Position numbers and translations under genes: made by a program. This document shows, piece by piece, positions 19,798 through 30,618 of a stretch of DNA of 64,000 nucleotides (position 1 is its first letter; the number at the start of each line of letters is the position of its first letter). The notes under the pieces were generated by a model. The model was not told the origin of the DNA. It did not search any database and worked only from the letters and a program-made list of their open reading frames with translations. The stretch is from Alphaproteobacteria bacterium (lineage in GTDB: Bacteria; Pseudomonadota; Alphaproteobacteria; SHNJ01): positions 170,898 through 234,897 of the forward strand of contig SHNJ01000031.1 in assembly GCA_004295055.1 (NCBI GenBank), in the 5' to 3' direction.

Positions 19798-20685
19798 ATG
19801 CCCAAAACAACCTTATCATTCTATCTCCATATCATCGCCGTCGCGGTGGTTGTGTTTGCGATTGGTGGTTGGTTTGGCGGGCAGAATTCGGTAAGTGCGA
19901 CATCTGCAAAAGAATCGGTTTACGACCGTGTGATGCGTACAAAAACTATTCGTTGCGGGTATCATATCTGGGAACCGTTTTTGATGAAGGATATCAATAC
20001 GGGAACCATGTCCGGTATTTATTATGATTATCTGAATCAAATTGGCAAGACCTTATCGCTGAAAGTGGAATGGGTCGAAGAAACCGGTTTTGGCCCACAT
20101 GTCGAGGCGTTGCAAAGTGACCGGTTCGATATGATGTGCGCTGGCGATTATCAAAATGCGGCGCGCGGCCGGTATATCGATTACACCACGCCAATTTTAT
20201 ATGTAGCTCTCGGCGTCTATACGCGCGCGGATGACAAGCGTTTTGATCATAACTTATCGCTGCTTAATGATGCATCGGTAAAATTATCGTCGGTCGAAGG
20301 AACGACGCCATTCATTGTTGGCAATCGCGACTTCCCGAAAGCGCAAAAAATTACCCATCCGGAAAGCCAGGATTTGATGGCGCCATTGATGGATGTGGCT
20401 TCCGGCAAGGCGGATGCTACAATTACCGGATTGCCGCTTGGGTATCGGTTTAATGCGCAGAATCCGGGTAAGATCCGCCAAGTGACAATGCCAGAACCAA
20501 TTCGTTTATTTGGATCGTCCTTGTCATTAAAACGGGGTCAGATAGAAATGCAAAACATGATCAACAACGCCACGCGTGAATTGCAATATAGCGGCGTGTT
20601 GGAATCGATCATCAAGAAATATGAAAAATATCCGGGCTCTTTATACCGCGTGACCAGACCTTATCAGGCCCCACAAACACCATAA
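19798..20685 (+). CDS. Solute-binding protein, PBP type 2 / family 3-like (paralogue 3)
   Basis: YDRVMRTKTIRCGY, LQSDRFDMMC, DVASGKADA, SGVLESIIKKY; ATG 19798. Confidence 0.85.
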   Translation: MPKTTLSFYLHIIAVAVVVFAIGGWFGGQNSVSATSAKESVYDRVMRTKTIRCGYHIWEPFLMKDINTGTMSGIYYDYLNQIGKTLSLKVEWVEETGFGPHVEALQSDRFDMMCAGDYQNAARGRYIDYTTPILYVALGVYTRADDKRFDHNLSLLNDASVKLSSVEGTTPFIVGNRDFPKAQKITHPESQDLMAPLMDVASGKADATITGLPLGYRFNAQNPGKIRQVTMPEPIRLFGSSLSLKRGQIEMQNMINNATRELQYSGVLESIIKKYEKYPGSLYRVTRPYQAPQTP

Positions 20686-20689
20686 TAAG

Positions 20690-20773
20690 TTGTCATCCTG
20701 AGCCGTAGGCGAAGGATCTGGTTCAACAAAGGCGTTTTGAGGCTGAGATTCTTCGCTTCGCTCAGAATGACAA
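20690..20773. repeat. REP/MITE-like palindromic element, family A (complete)
   Basis: TTGTCATCCTGAGC...GAAGGATCT paired with AGATTCTTC...GCTCAGAATGACAA around a 26-nt spacer. Confidence 0.85.
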
Positions 20774-20792
20774 TTATGCTATATAAAACGGC

Positions 20793-21632
20793 ATGAAACA
20801 CGTTACATTAAAGAATTACAAAATCGGCAATGATTTGCCATTAACCCTGATCGCCGGCCCATGCCAGATCGAATCGCGCGATCATGCGATGGAAATTGCG
20901 GGTGCGTTGCGCGACATTACCAAAAAATTGGGCATCAATCTGATTTATAAATCCAGTTACGACAAGGCCAACCGCACTAGCGTGAAATCCGCACGCGGAA
21001 TTGGCATGGACCAGGGCTTGCAGATTTTAAACGATGTGCGCGAAAAATTTTCAGTTCCTGTTCTGACTGATGTTCATGATGCCGCGCAATGTGCCCCGTC
21101 GGCGCAAGCGGTAGACGTGTTGCAAATACCCGCGTTTTTGTGCCGCCAGACAGATTTATTGCTAGCCGCTGGAAAAACCGGCGCGGCGATCCATGTGAAA
21201 AAAGGCCAGTTCCTGGCGCCGTGGGATATGAAAAACGTCGCGGCGAAAATTGCTTCGACCGGTAACGACAAAATTCTGTTATGCGAACGCGGCGCGTCAT
21301 TTGGATATAATACTTTGGTATCCGATATGCGGTCCTTGCCGATCATGGCGCAAACCGGATATCCGGTGATTTTCGATGCCACCCATTCCGTGCAACAACC
21401 GGGCGGGCAGGGCGAAACATCCGGCGGACAGCGCGAATTCGTACCGATCCTGGCGCGTGCGGCCATCGCCGTGGGCGTTGCGGGTGTGTTCATCGAAACG
21501 CACCAAGATCCGGATTGCGCGCCATCGGACGGCCCGAATATGGTGCCATTGAAACAAATGCCAGAATTGCTGGCCAATTTGATGGAATTCGACCGTTTGG
21601 CTAAGAAAAATCCGCTGTCATTAGCAGCATAA
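20793..21632 (+). CDS. kdsA: KDO 8-phosphate synthase
   Basis: [58 protein letters not shown]. Confidence 0.98.
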   Translation: MKHVTLKNYKIGNDLPLTLIAGPCQIESRDHAMEIAGALRDITKKLGINLIYKSSYDKANRTSVKSARGIGMDQGLQILNDVREKFSVPVLTDVHDAAQCAPSAQAVDVLQIPAFLCRQTDLLLAAGKTGAAIHVKKGQFLAPWDMKNVAAKIASTGNDKILLCERGASFGYNTLVSDMRSLPIMAQTGYPVIFDATHSVQQPGGQGETSGGQREFVPILARAAIAVGVAGVFIETHQDPDCAPSDGPNMVPLKQMPELLANLMEFDRLAKKNPLSLAA

Positions 21633-21648
21633 AAATAAGGGGTGTTGG

Positions 21649-21840
21649 ATGGGTAAATGGGAAGATAAATGTGCCCTTATTGAGGGTGGCCTGCCGGGGC
21701 GAGTACGAAGCCAAGCCAGCAGACGGGGTTTGCCAAGAAATCCCAGATCAACTTTACCGGCATCGGTTGATCCAGCCGCAACTCCAAGTAGCCCCGCGCC
21801 TGTAACTAAAGTAGCTCCTAGAACTGTAAGGGAGCTTTAG
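21649..21840 (+). CDS. Possible small hypothetical protein
   Basis: 63-aa Pro/Ser-rich ORF with an SD-like AAGGGGTG; no other support. Confidence 0.3.
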   Translation: MGKWEDKCALIEGGLPGRVRSQASRRGLPRNPRSTLPASVDPAATPSSPAPVTKVAPRTVREL

Positions 21841-21973
21841 GCAGGAATGGGTACACCAGTTCGCGCTCGGACATAATTTTTAATATTAATCATTATTTAT
21901 TCCGATTCTAAACTAGGCATTTTGCGATTTTAACCCGCTTTTTTCTTCGGAAAAACTGGGCTAAAAATAATGC

Positions 21974-22435
21974 ATGGACGATTTACTGAAAATTGCCGGC
22001 GGGATATTGGGCAGTGCCTTTGTATTTTTTCTTGCAAAAGGTCTTTTGTGGTTATCCTTGCTTGGCAGGCCAATTTACAATTTCTGTTACCGCCGGTACC
22101 GGCGCGATAAGGTAAAATGGAATTGCTTATGCCGCCAACCCACCACCGTTGGTCGTGTGGCCGCCAAATTGGAAGCCCATCGTTATGCGGCCTTTTTAAA
22201 TGTACAAATGGCCGCGCCGCCCGGCACCCAATACGCCGCACAAGCCGGCAAGAAAATATTTTTTGGCTGTATTAACGCGCCTTATTTTGTGGCCCGAAAA
22301 ATCATGCCGGTTAAAATGCAGCGATGGAAAGAAAAATCCGCAATTAAAAGGCGACAAAAACGAGGAGCGGCTAGTCATAGACGCCAAATGGAACGACATA
22401 GCCTTGCTTTAGTATTGTTTAGCGCCGGCCGTTAA
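21974..22435 (+). CDS. Hypothetical membrane-anchored basic protein (orphan)
   Basis: 153 aa; N-terminal hydrophobic stretch followed by an Arg/Lys-rich body; fills the kdsA-eno gap. Confidence 0.55.
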   Translation: MDDLLKIAGGILGSAFVFFLAKGLLWLSLLGRPIYNFCYRRYRRDKVKWNCLCRQPTTVGRVAAKLEAHRYAAFLNVQMAAPPGTQYAAQAGKKIFFGCINAPYFVARKIMPVKMQRWKEKSAIKRRQKRGAASHRRQMERHSLALVLFSAGR

Positions 22436-22476
22436 AAATCCGTGGACGACGGATTAAAATCCGTTTATGACTATGA

Positions 22477-23796
<1,320 letters not shown>

Positions 23797-23800
23797 AAAA

Positions 23801-24997
23801 TTATCGCGTTCGTTCTGTAACCGCTTTCGATATTTCTGAAAGAGCGGAGCTGGTGTCCTTTGCCAGCTCGGTACGCGGTTTTCTCATCGGAATTTTTATG
23901 CGCTGCAAGTCGGCTTGAACGGCGGGGTCCGCAAAAGCATTTCGCTGATTGGCTTCGCAAGCCTGTAATATGGCCGCGACTCGGTTATGTTCACCGACCA
24001 TTATTTTTAACGTTGGAACGGAATATATTTGATCGTAATCAACGGTAAAAGAAATTGCAGGAACGGAAACGCCATGCTGAACCGTTCTGGTAAAGGTTAT
24101 GGGATGTGGCGTGCGTTTGACTTTTCTAACAATCTGATTGTCGATGAGTTCAAATGACACTCTTTCGACATTATAGTCGCCAAGCAGCGCACCGTCGGTG
24201 GCATGATCCCAATCGTAATTTTCCAAGTCAATTCCTAGTTGCTGGACTACTTTGACTCCATCATTTGGGTATATTGCCACTTGGTTGGCCTGTTCATACA
24301 TGCCGGCGTTGTAAATTACTTTAAGGTAATAATTAGGGATTCCGCATACTACAGATGCATTGGGGTCCATCACCCGGTTTAAAATGGCATAAGGGTCTTT
24401 TAAATAAGAATCGCCACATTCCGGCCAGGATGCCAGATTGCCCAGTGCCTTGATCCTGGATAAATAAGACATCAGGCTGATCCAGTTTCCCGCAAGCCAA
24501 TTCATTCCAGCTTGTTGAATTAAGGAATTGGATATGTTTTTTTGTGCGCTGTCAAAAGACGGTATGGAAACAAAAAGATCCTTGTCTTTATGGTTGGTGG
24601 CTACCAACAAGTTCGTATCGCTATTGCTGCGCAAAGGGTGATATCGAATCTCATCTTTTAAAAAAGAGGGGCGGCGGTGGATTTTTGCCTGGATTGCCTT
24701 GTGCATTCCATCCCACAATTCAGGGGGTAAATTATTGTTTTTATTTGCCTGATCTCCGGCCCAAATAGCGGTCAGCAACAAGTCGTCATCAGACAAATTA
24801 TAAAAAAAATTGTAAAAATCTTGTGCTGTCAGAGATTCGGAATTGTCGGGATTGATCTGTGTTGTATCAGCGATCACTAATCCAGCATCCGGACCTTGCC
24901 GTTCGGTTGCTGGCGGACCAAAAACGGATTGCGTTCCGCAACCCGCTAAATTAAGCGCTAGAAAACTTGCTCCGATGGAGGTTAATGTTCTTCTCAT
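23801..24997 (-). CDS. Hypothetical lipoprotein (orphan)
   Basis: 398 aa; basic N-terminus, hydrophobic core and lipobox LAGC (Cys20). Confidence 0.75.
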   Translation of the reverse strand: MRRTLTSIGASFLALNLAGCGTQSVFGPPATERQGPDAGLVIADTTQINPDNSESLTAQDFYNFFYNLSDDDLLLTAIWAGDQANKNNNLPPELWDGMHKAIQAKIHRRPSFLKDEIRYHPLRSNSDTNLLVATNHKDKDLFVSIPSFDSAQKNISNSLIQQAGMNWLAGNWISLMSYLSRIKALGNLASWPECGDSYLKDPYAILNRVMDPNASVVCGIPNYYLKVIYNAGMYEQANQVAIYPNDGVKVVQQLGIDLENYDWDHATDGALLGDYNVERVSFELIDNQIVRKVKRTPHPITFTRTVQHGVSVPAISFTVDYDQIYSVPTLKIMVGEHNRVAAILQACEANQRNAFADPAVQADLQRIKIPMRKPRTELAKDTSSALSEISKAVTERTR

Positions 24998-25160
24998 TTC
25001 TATCTCGTATCCTATAGGAATATATCACGCGAAGAGACAAAAAGGAATCACAAATGGCTGTCGTGAATCGTATCCGCGCGGCACTTTTGGAAATTCATTT
25101 TATGCTTCAACTCTTTGTAATCCTTGACCCTTGCATACAAATATGGTCCTCTAAAGAGTA

Positions 25161-25517
25161 ATGCGATTACTCTCATCCTTTCACCGCGACCCTGAACGGT
25201 CCTTGTTCAGCAGCGTTTTATGGCTGCTGATTTGCGGCTATTTTACCTATCACCTGGTGCAGGGCGATCGAGGGATTTTGGCTATGCTGCGGTTGCAGTC
25301 GCAATTGCATTATTCCGAAAATCAATTGGTGCAATTGCGCCATCAGCGGCTGGATATGGAAAAACATGTGCAGTTGTTGCACCCCGCGCATATCGACGAA
25401 GACATGCTGGATGAAAAAGCGCGTTCTACCTTGGGGTATGCGGCGCCTAACGAAGTGATGATTTTATTGCCGGAAAATGGCGATGGAACGCGGCCTGAAT
25501 TGTCCCGTATTCAATAA
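25161..25517 (+). CDS. ftsB: Septum formation initiator FtsB/DivIC
   Basis: YFTYHLVQGDRGILAM, coiled coil, IDEDMLDEKARSTLGYAAPNEVMI; canonical position after eno. Confidence 0.9.
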   Translation: MRLLSSFHRDPERSLFSSVLWLLICGYFTYHLVQGDRGILAMLRLQSQLHYSENQLVQLRHQRLDMEKHVQLLHPAHIDEDMLDEKARSTLGYAAPNEVMILLPENGDGTRPELSRIQ

Positions 25518-25624
25518 AACCGGCTTTTTGGGCCCTTTGGCTTGATTTTATCAAACAAACCAATAACTTAATAATGACGCTTTATATTGACCTTATGGGC
25601 GGCATCCGCTATGTCCAATGGCAC

Positions 25625-25709
25625 GCGGGTATGGCGGAACTGGCAGACGCGCTGGATTTAGGTTCCAGTATCGAAAGATGTGTGGGTTCGACCCCCTCTA
25701 CCCGCACCA
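25625..25709 (+). tRNA. tRNA-Leu (anticodon TAG)
   Basis: GCGGGTATGGCGGAACTGGCAGACGCG-CTGGA TT TAG GT TCCAG-long variable arm-GGTTCGACCCC...CCCGCACCA; 85 nt; canonical position before tig. Confidence 0.97.
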
Positions 25710-25829
25710 GCCTTCGCTCCTACGGAGCTACGGCTCGGCATGCCGGATCTTGTTCTGTCAACGCTCGCGGTGATAGTATAAAAGGTAAGAAGGCTGTCGC
25801 GTCGAAGCTGCGAAGCAGCGTAGACGGGC
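25710..25829. repeat. REP-like palindromic element, family B (two imperfect inverted arms), abutting the tRNA-Leu CCA
   Basis: Left arm GCCTTCGCTCCTACGGAGCTACGGCTCGGCATGCC (25710-25744); right arm GGCTGTCGCGTCGAAGCTGCGAAGCAGCGTAGACGGGC (25792-25829). Confidence 0.7.
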
Positions 25830-25838
25830 TGGATCAGA

Positions 25839-26075
25839 ATGCACTATGTTTATATTATTAAAAGTCAAGTCGGAGATCATTATTATACTGGATGCACAGA
25901 AAATATAGAAACTAGAGTAAGAAATCACAATGAAGGCAGTGTTCCACATACCGCCAAATATAAACCCTGGATTATCAAAACTTATTTAGCATTTGCAGAC
26001 AAACAACAAGCAATTAATTTTGAGAAATATCTTAAAACAGCTTCAGGTAGAGCATTTGCAAAAAAGCGATTATAA
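25839..26075 (+). CDS. Stand-alone small GIY-YIG nuclease family protein
   Basis: YVYIIKS...YYTGCTENIETRVRNHNEG...AINFEKYLK keeps the Tyr, Arg, His and Glu pattern; visibly AT-rich relative to tig. Confidence 0.9.
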   Translation: MHYVYIIKSQVGDHYYTGCTENIETRVRNHNEGSVPHTAKYKPWIIKTYLAFADKQQAINFEKYLKTASGRAFAKKRL

Positions 26076-26093
26076 CAAATTTTAGGAATCATC

Positions 26094-27518
26094 ATGCAAG
26101 TCGTACAAAAAGAAAAACAAGGATTGAAACACAGCTTCGAAGTAAAAATTCCGCGCTCGGTGATCAATCAAAATATTGAAACCAAATTGCAGGAAATCAG
26201 CGAAAAGGTGACCATCCCTGGTTTTCGTCCAGGCAAGGCGCCAGCAACTTTGTTAAAACAAAAATACGGCGGTTCGGTCATGGGTGAGGTTGTTGATTTC
26301 ACCGTACGCGATTCCTATACCAAAGCGCTTGAGGAAAAGGGCCTGCGCGCTGCGGCTGCACCAAAAGTGGAAATTAAAGAATTCGGCGATGACAAAGATT
26401 TGGTTTACACTTTTGACGTTGAAGTCATGCCGGAAATCAAAGTCAAAGGCCTTGATAAAGTAAAATTTGAAAAAATTAAGTGCGACGTTACCGACAAAGA
26501 CATCGATGAAGCATTGAAAACTTTGTCCGAACGTCACAAGGCTTCACGCGAATTGACCGAAAAACGCGCCGCGAAAACCGGCGATCATGTAACGATCGAT
26601 TTTCTGGGTAAGGTCGATGGCGTTGCATTCGAAGGCGGCGAAGCTAAAGGATACAAATTGCATTTGGGATCAGGCAATTTCTTGCCGGATTTTGAAAGCG
26701 GCGTTGTCGGCATCAGTGTCGGCGAAAGCAAAGATATTCCAGTCGGTTTTCCGGCGGAATATCATGCGCCGAATCTTGCCGGTAAAACCGCGACCTTTAC
26801 CATTACCGTGCACAAGATCGAAGAAGAAATGGAAGCCAAAATCGATGATGAATTGGCTAAACGCCTGGGCTTTCCAAGCCTGGATGATTTGAAAGAAGCG
26901 GCTAAAACCCAAATCGGCCGTGAATATGATGCCGTCGCGCGCGAGAAAAATAAAAAGGCGCTGTTTGACGTGTTGCACGAAGAATTCGATTTCGAATTGC
27001 CGCAAGGTTTGCTCGAAGATGAATTCAAATCCATCTGGAAACAATTCGAAGAAGCCAAGAAAAACAACCAAGTCGCCGCCGAAGACAAAGAAAAATCGGA
27101 CGCGGATATGGAAAAAGAATTGCGCGACATTGCCGAACGCCGGGTAAAACTGGGCCTGTTATTGTCGGAAATCGGCAGCCACAATAAAATCGAAGTATCG
27201 GATGATGAATTGCGCCGCGCCATTATCGCCGAAGCGCAACGGTACCCGGGCCAGGAACAAAAAGTGGTGGAATTTTACAGCACTCAGCCACAGGCCCTGA
27301 TGAGCATCCGGGGACCATTACTGGAAGAAAAAGTGATCGATTTCATTTTCGAGGTGGCCAATGTCACCGTAAAATCAATCACTAAAGAAGATTTATTCAC
27401 AGCCGATGATTCCGGGAAGTCTTCCGGCAAGAAATCTGCTAAATCTAGTAAGAAGGCTGAATCGAGCGGCGATGCGGAAGAAGCAAAGCCGAAAGCGAAG
27501 AAAGCCAAAAAAGAATAA
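26094..27518 (+). CDS. tig: Trigger factor
   Basis: [14 protein letters not shown] domain ([15 protein letters not shown]...[13 protein letters not shown]), [11 protein letters not shown]. Confidence 0.98.
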   Translation: MQVVQKEKQGLKHSFEVKIPRSVINQNIETKLQEISEKVTIPGFRPGKAPATLLKQKYGGSVMGEVVDFTVRDSYTKALEEKGLRAAAAPKVEIKEFGDDKDLVYTFDVEVMPEIKVKGLDKVKFEKIKCDVTDKDIDEALKTLSERHKASRELTEKRAAKTGDHVTIDFLGKVDGVAFEGGEAKGYKLHLGSGNFLPDFESGVVGISVGESKDIPVGFPAEYHAPNLAGKTATFTITVHKIEEEMEAKIDDELAKRLGFPSLDDLKEAAKTQIGREYDAVAREKNKKALFDVLHEEFDFELPQGLLEDEFKSIWKQFEEAKKNNQVAAEDKEKSDADMEKELRDIAERRVKLGLLLSEIGSHNKIEVSDDELRRAIIAEAQRYPGQEQKVVEFYSTQPQALMSIRGPLLEEKVIDFIFEVANVTVKSITKEDLFTADDSGKSSGKKSAKSSKKAESSGDAEEAKPKAKKAKKE

Positions 27519-27550
27519 ATCTTATTGCGGTATCATCAAAGGAGTTCCCC

Positions 27551-28210
27551 ATGTTAATCCGTGATCGCGATCCAATCGAAGTGTATAATGACTTGGTTCC
27601 TATCGTTATCGAGCAAACTGCACGCGGGGAACGGTCTTTTGATATTTTCTCCCGCCTGTTGAAAGAACGGATCATTTTCCTGACTGGCCCTGTTAACGAC
27701 ACTATGTCGTGCCTGATCTGCGCGCAATTGCTGTTCTTGGAATCGGAAAATCCAACCAAAGACATTTTTATGTACATCAACTCGCCAGGCGGCGTTGTTA
27801 CCTCGGGCCTTGCTATGTATGATACGATGCAATATATCCGTTGCCACGTTTCGACCGTATGTATCGGCCAGGCGGCATCGATGGGTTCGTTATTGCTGAC
27901 CGCCGGTCAAAAAGGCAAGCGTTTCGCCTTGCCAAATGCGCGGGTGATGATTCACCAGCCATCGGGCGGCGCGCAAGGCCAGGCAACCGATATTGAAATT
28001 CAAGCCCGCGAAATTTTATCGCTGCGCCAACGTTTGAATCAAATCTATGTCAAACACACCGGCCAGAAATTGGATCTGATCCAATCGTCGATGGAACGCG
28101 ATAAATTTATGAATCCAGAAGAGGCTAAAGATTTCGGCCTGATCGACCAAGTGGTCGAACAACGCCCGGGTGGAAAAGAATCCAAAGAAGAAGGCAAGAA
28201 AGCGGCTTAA
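27551..28210 (+). CDS. clpP: ATP-dependent Clp protease proteolytic subunit
   Basis: [45 protein letters not shown]. Confidence 0.98.
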   Translation: MLIRDRDPIEVYNDLVPIVIEQTARGERSFDIFSRLLKERIIFLTGPVNDTMSCLICAQLLFLESENPTKDIFMYINSPGGVVTSGLAMYDTMQYIRCHVSTVCIGQAASMGSLLLTAGQKGKRFALPNARVMIHQPSGGAQGQATDIEIQAREILSLRQRLNQIYVKHTGQKLDLIQSSMERDKFMNPEEAKDFGLIDQVVEQRPGGKESKEEGKKAA

Positions 28211-28333
28211 CGCCTTACCGCCTCTTAAAGCAATTCATAAAATCTCGGGCTTGTTCGGCTTGGGAAAAGCATGAATGTTGTTGAAAATAAACAATAAAAT
28301 GTTTGCAATGCGCCCTTCCATATTGTTTTGGGA

Positions 28334-28378
28334 TATGATATAATAAGCATATTCTATCGTAAGAACAATTATATCATA
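28334..28378. promoter_or_regulatory. Inverted repeat TATGATATAAT-N23-ATTATATCATA, each arm an extended -10 (TGnTATAAT)
   Basis: Perfect 11-bp arms at 28334-28344 and 28368-28378. Confidence 0.5.
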
Positions 28379-28391
28379 AGGGGCGAAGGCA

Positions 28392-28904
28392 TTGCAGACC
28401 GTGGAAACTCAGCATTTCGATCAAAGATTGAAAGTTAACAAAGAATTCTTGGCAGCCGTGATGGCTTATATGGAAGGTGCTCAAGCTCAAGAGCATCCCC
28501 TTCTTCGTGACTATCAAGCGGAAGGCGCGCCATTGGACAAAGTTGCGGCCTTAATAAAGGACGCGATCCAGCCCCCCGTACAAGGTCAGCGTCCCGACAA
28601 ACAGCAGATTGAAGCGACGATAGTGCTGGAAGAGGCTATAAAAACTGTGGTTTTCGACGATCTTGGGCCCCCGCGTCATCAAAAGACTTGGGAAGAGTTT
28701 GGAGGAAGAGAAGCCTATTTGCTGCAAAGAACTTTAGCGGCGACCCAACAGCTTTTAAAATACAGAAGAGAAACGAATCCAACCTTCAATAAAACCTCTA
28801 TAGAATTTTTGGGCCGCGTTGAAAAAAACCTGGCTACAAGACAGGGTCAAATTTCCCGCGAAAATTTTTTAAAGCAAGCCAAGATGCCTCAAAATCATAA
28901 ATAA
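28392..28904 (+). CDS. Hypothetical protein (orphan) between clpP and clpX
   Basis: 170-aa helical ORF; upstream extended -10 and SD-like sequence; start TTG 28392 or GTG 28401. Confidence 0.65.
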   Translation: MQTVETQHFDQRLKVNKEFLAAVMAYMEGAQAQEHPLLRDYQAEGAPLDKVAALIKDAIQPPVQGQRPDKQQIEATIVLEEAIKTVVFDDLGPPRHQKTWEEFGGREAYLLQRTLAATQQLLKYRRETNPTFNKTSIEFLGRVEKNLATRQGQISRENFLKQAKMPQNHK

Positions 28905-29174
28905 ATATGGCATACCGGCGCCGTCCGCCAATTTTACAAGCTGGCGCCGTTCATACAAAACGGCGATTCTTTCGCGCCGCCTTGTATATTCCGGCAACAC
29001 ACTGCCGGGGATGCCGCTCGCAATAAGCGCCGCTAGAGATACATAACCAATAACTGTGATATTGTCTGTGGTGTTTGTGGTTTCTGTGCCAATCAAGTGA
29101 CTATGGATAATTTTTGTGCCGATATTCGAAAGGAAATAGCGCGGAAAACCAAGCCTAACCGCTATGCTATACAT
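28869..29174 (-). CDS. Possible hypothetical protein
   Basis: 101-aa ORF fills the remaining gap and overlaps the 3' end of ORF 28392; weak support. Confidence 0.3.
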   Translation of the reverse strand: MYSIAVRLGFPRYFLSNIGTKIIHSHLIGTETTNTTDNITVIGYVSLAALIASGIPGSVLPEYTRRRERIAVLYERRQLVKLADGAGMPYLFMILRHLGLL

Positions 29175-29263
29175 AGAATATTAACCACATTCAGGCGATC
29201 CTGGTAACAAGATGTTCTTTCTTGTTGCAACGAACCTAGGGGGCGCGGTCCGCGTCAGTTTTC

Positions 29264-30526
29264 ATGAGCAAAAATGCCGATAGCAAAAACACCTTGTACT
29301 GCTCGTTCTGCGGAAAATCACAACACGAAGTTCGCAAATTAATCGCCGGGCCAACCGTATTCATCTGCGATGAATGCGTTGAATTATGCGTAGACATTAT
29401 TCGCGAAGAAAGCAAATCCGCGCTGGTCAAATCCGGCGATACGATTCCAACCCCGGTCGAAATCCGCAAAATTTTGGATGATTATGTGATCGGTCAGGAC
29501 TTCGCTAAAAAAGTTTTATCGGTTGCGGTGCATAACCACTATAAACGTCTTGCCGCCGCCGCGAAAAGCAACGATATCGAAATCAACAAATCGAATATCT
29601 TGCTGATCGGTCCGACCGGTTCGGGCAAAACATTATTGGCGCAAACCTTGGCGCGCATTTTGGATGTGCCGTTCACCATGGCCGACGCCACCACATTGAC
29701 CGAAGCCGGTTATGTCGGTGAAGACGTTGAAAATATTATCCTGCGCTTATTGCAAGCGGCCGATTACAATGTCGAGCGCACGCAAAAAGGTATCGTGTAT
29801 ATCGACGAAATCGACAAAATTTCCCGTAAATCGGATAACCCGTCCATTACCCGCGACGTTTCGGGCGAGGGCGTACAGCAGGCCTTGTTGAAATTGATGG
29901 AAGGCACGACCGCGTCGGTTCCACCGCAGGGCGGCCGTAAACATCCGCAACAAGAGTTCCTGCAAGTCGATACCACCAACATTCTATTTATTTGCGGCGG
30001 CGCGTTCGCCGGGATCGAAAAAATTATCTCGACTCGCGGCAAGGGCAGTGCCATCGGATTCGGCGCCGAAGTGCGTGGTCCGGACGATCGGCGTGCCGGC
30101 GCGATCTTGCGCGAATTGGAACCCGAAGATTTGCTGAAATACGGATTGATTCCAGAATTTATCGGCCGTTTGCCGGTGATCGCCACGCTGGAAGATTTGA
30201 ATGTCGACGCATTGATCGAAATTCTTACCCGTCCAAAAAACGCATTGTGCAAACAATATGGCCGTTTGTTCGACATGGAAGGCGTAAAACTGACCTTCCA
30301 GGAAGACGCATTAAAGGCGATCGCGGAAAAGGCGATCAAGCGCAATACCGGGGCACGCGGTTTGCGGACCATCATGGAATCGATATTGCTCGAAACCATG
30401 TATAATCTGCCTGGCATGACGGATGTAAACGAGGTCGTCATTAACCGCGAGGTGGTTGAAACCAAGGGTCAGCCTATCTATATTTATGGGGATAAGAAAA
30501 AGGACAGCGCGGCGGCAGCCAGCTAG
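29264..30526 (+). CDS. clpX: Clp protease ATP-binding subunit ClpX
   Basis: Zn finger CSFCGK...[41 protein letters not shown]. Confidence 0.99.
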   Translation: MSKNADSKNTLYCSFCGKSQHEVRKLIAGPTVFICDECVELCVDIIREESKSALVKSGDTIPTPVEIRKILDDYVIGQDFAKKVLSVAVHNHYKRLAAAAKSNDIEINKSNILLIGPTGSGKTLLAQTLARILDVPFTMADATTLTEAGYVGEDVENIILRLLQAADYNVERTQKGIVYIDEIDKISRKSDNPSITRDVSGEGVQQALLKLMEGTTASVPPQGGRKHPQQEFLQVDTTNILFICGGAFAGIEKIISTRGKGSAIGFGAEVRGPDDRRAGAILRELEPEDLLKYGLIPEFIGRLPVIATLEDLNVDALIEILTRPKNALCKQYGRLFDMEGVKLTFQEDALKAIAEKAIKRNTGARGLRTIMESILLETMYNLPGMTDVNEVVINREVVETKGQPIYIYGDKKKDSAAAAS

Positions 30527-30618
30527 ATTTTTGCTTATTTTAACCTATTTACTATATAATAGACCATGCTATCGCGTGGAATCTTTAGTCCATAAATATA
30601 CAAGCCAAAGGGTGCTTA

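Noticed and set aside
25574-25861. 95-aa ORF in the track
   Set aside because: It spans tRNA-Leu and the palindromic element; not coding.
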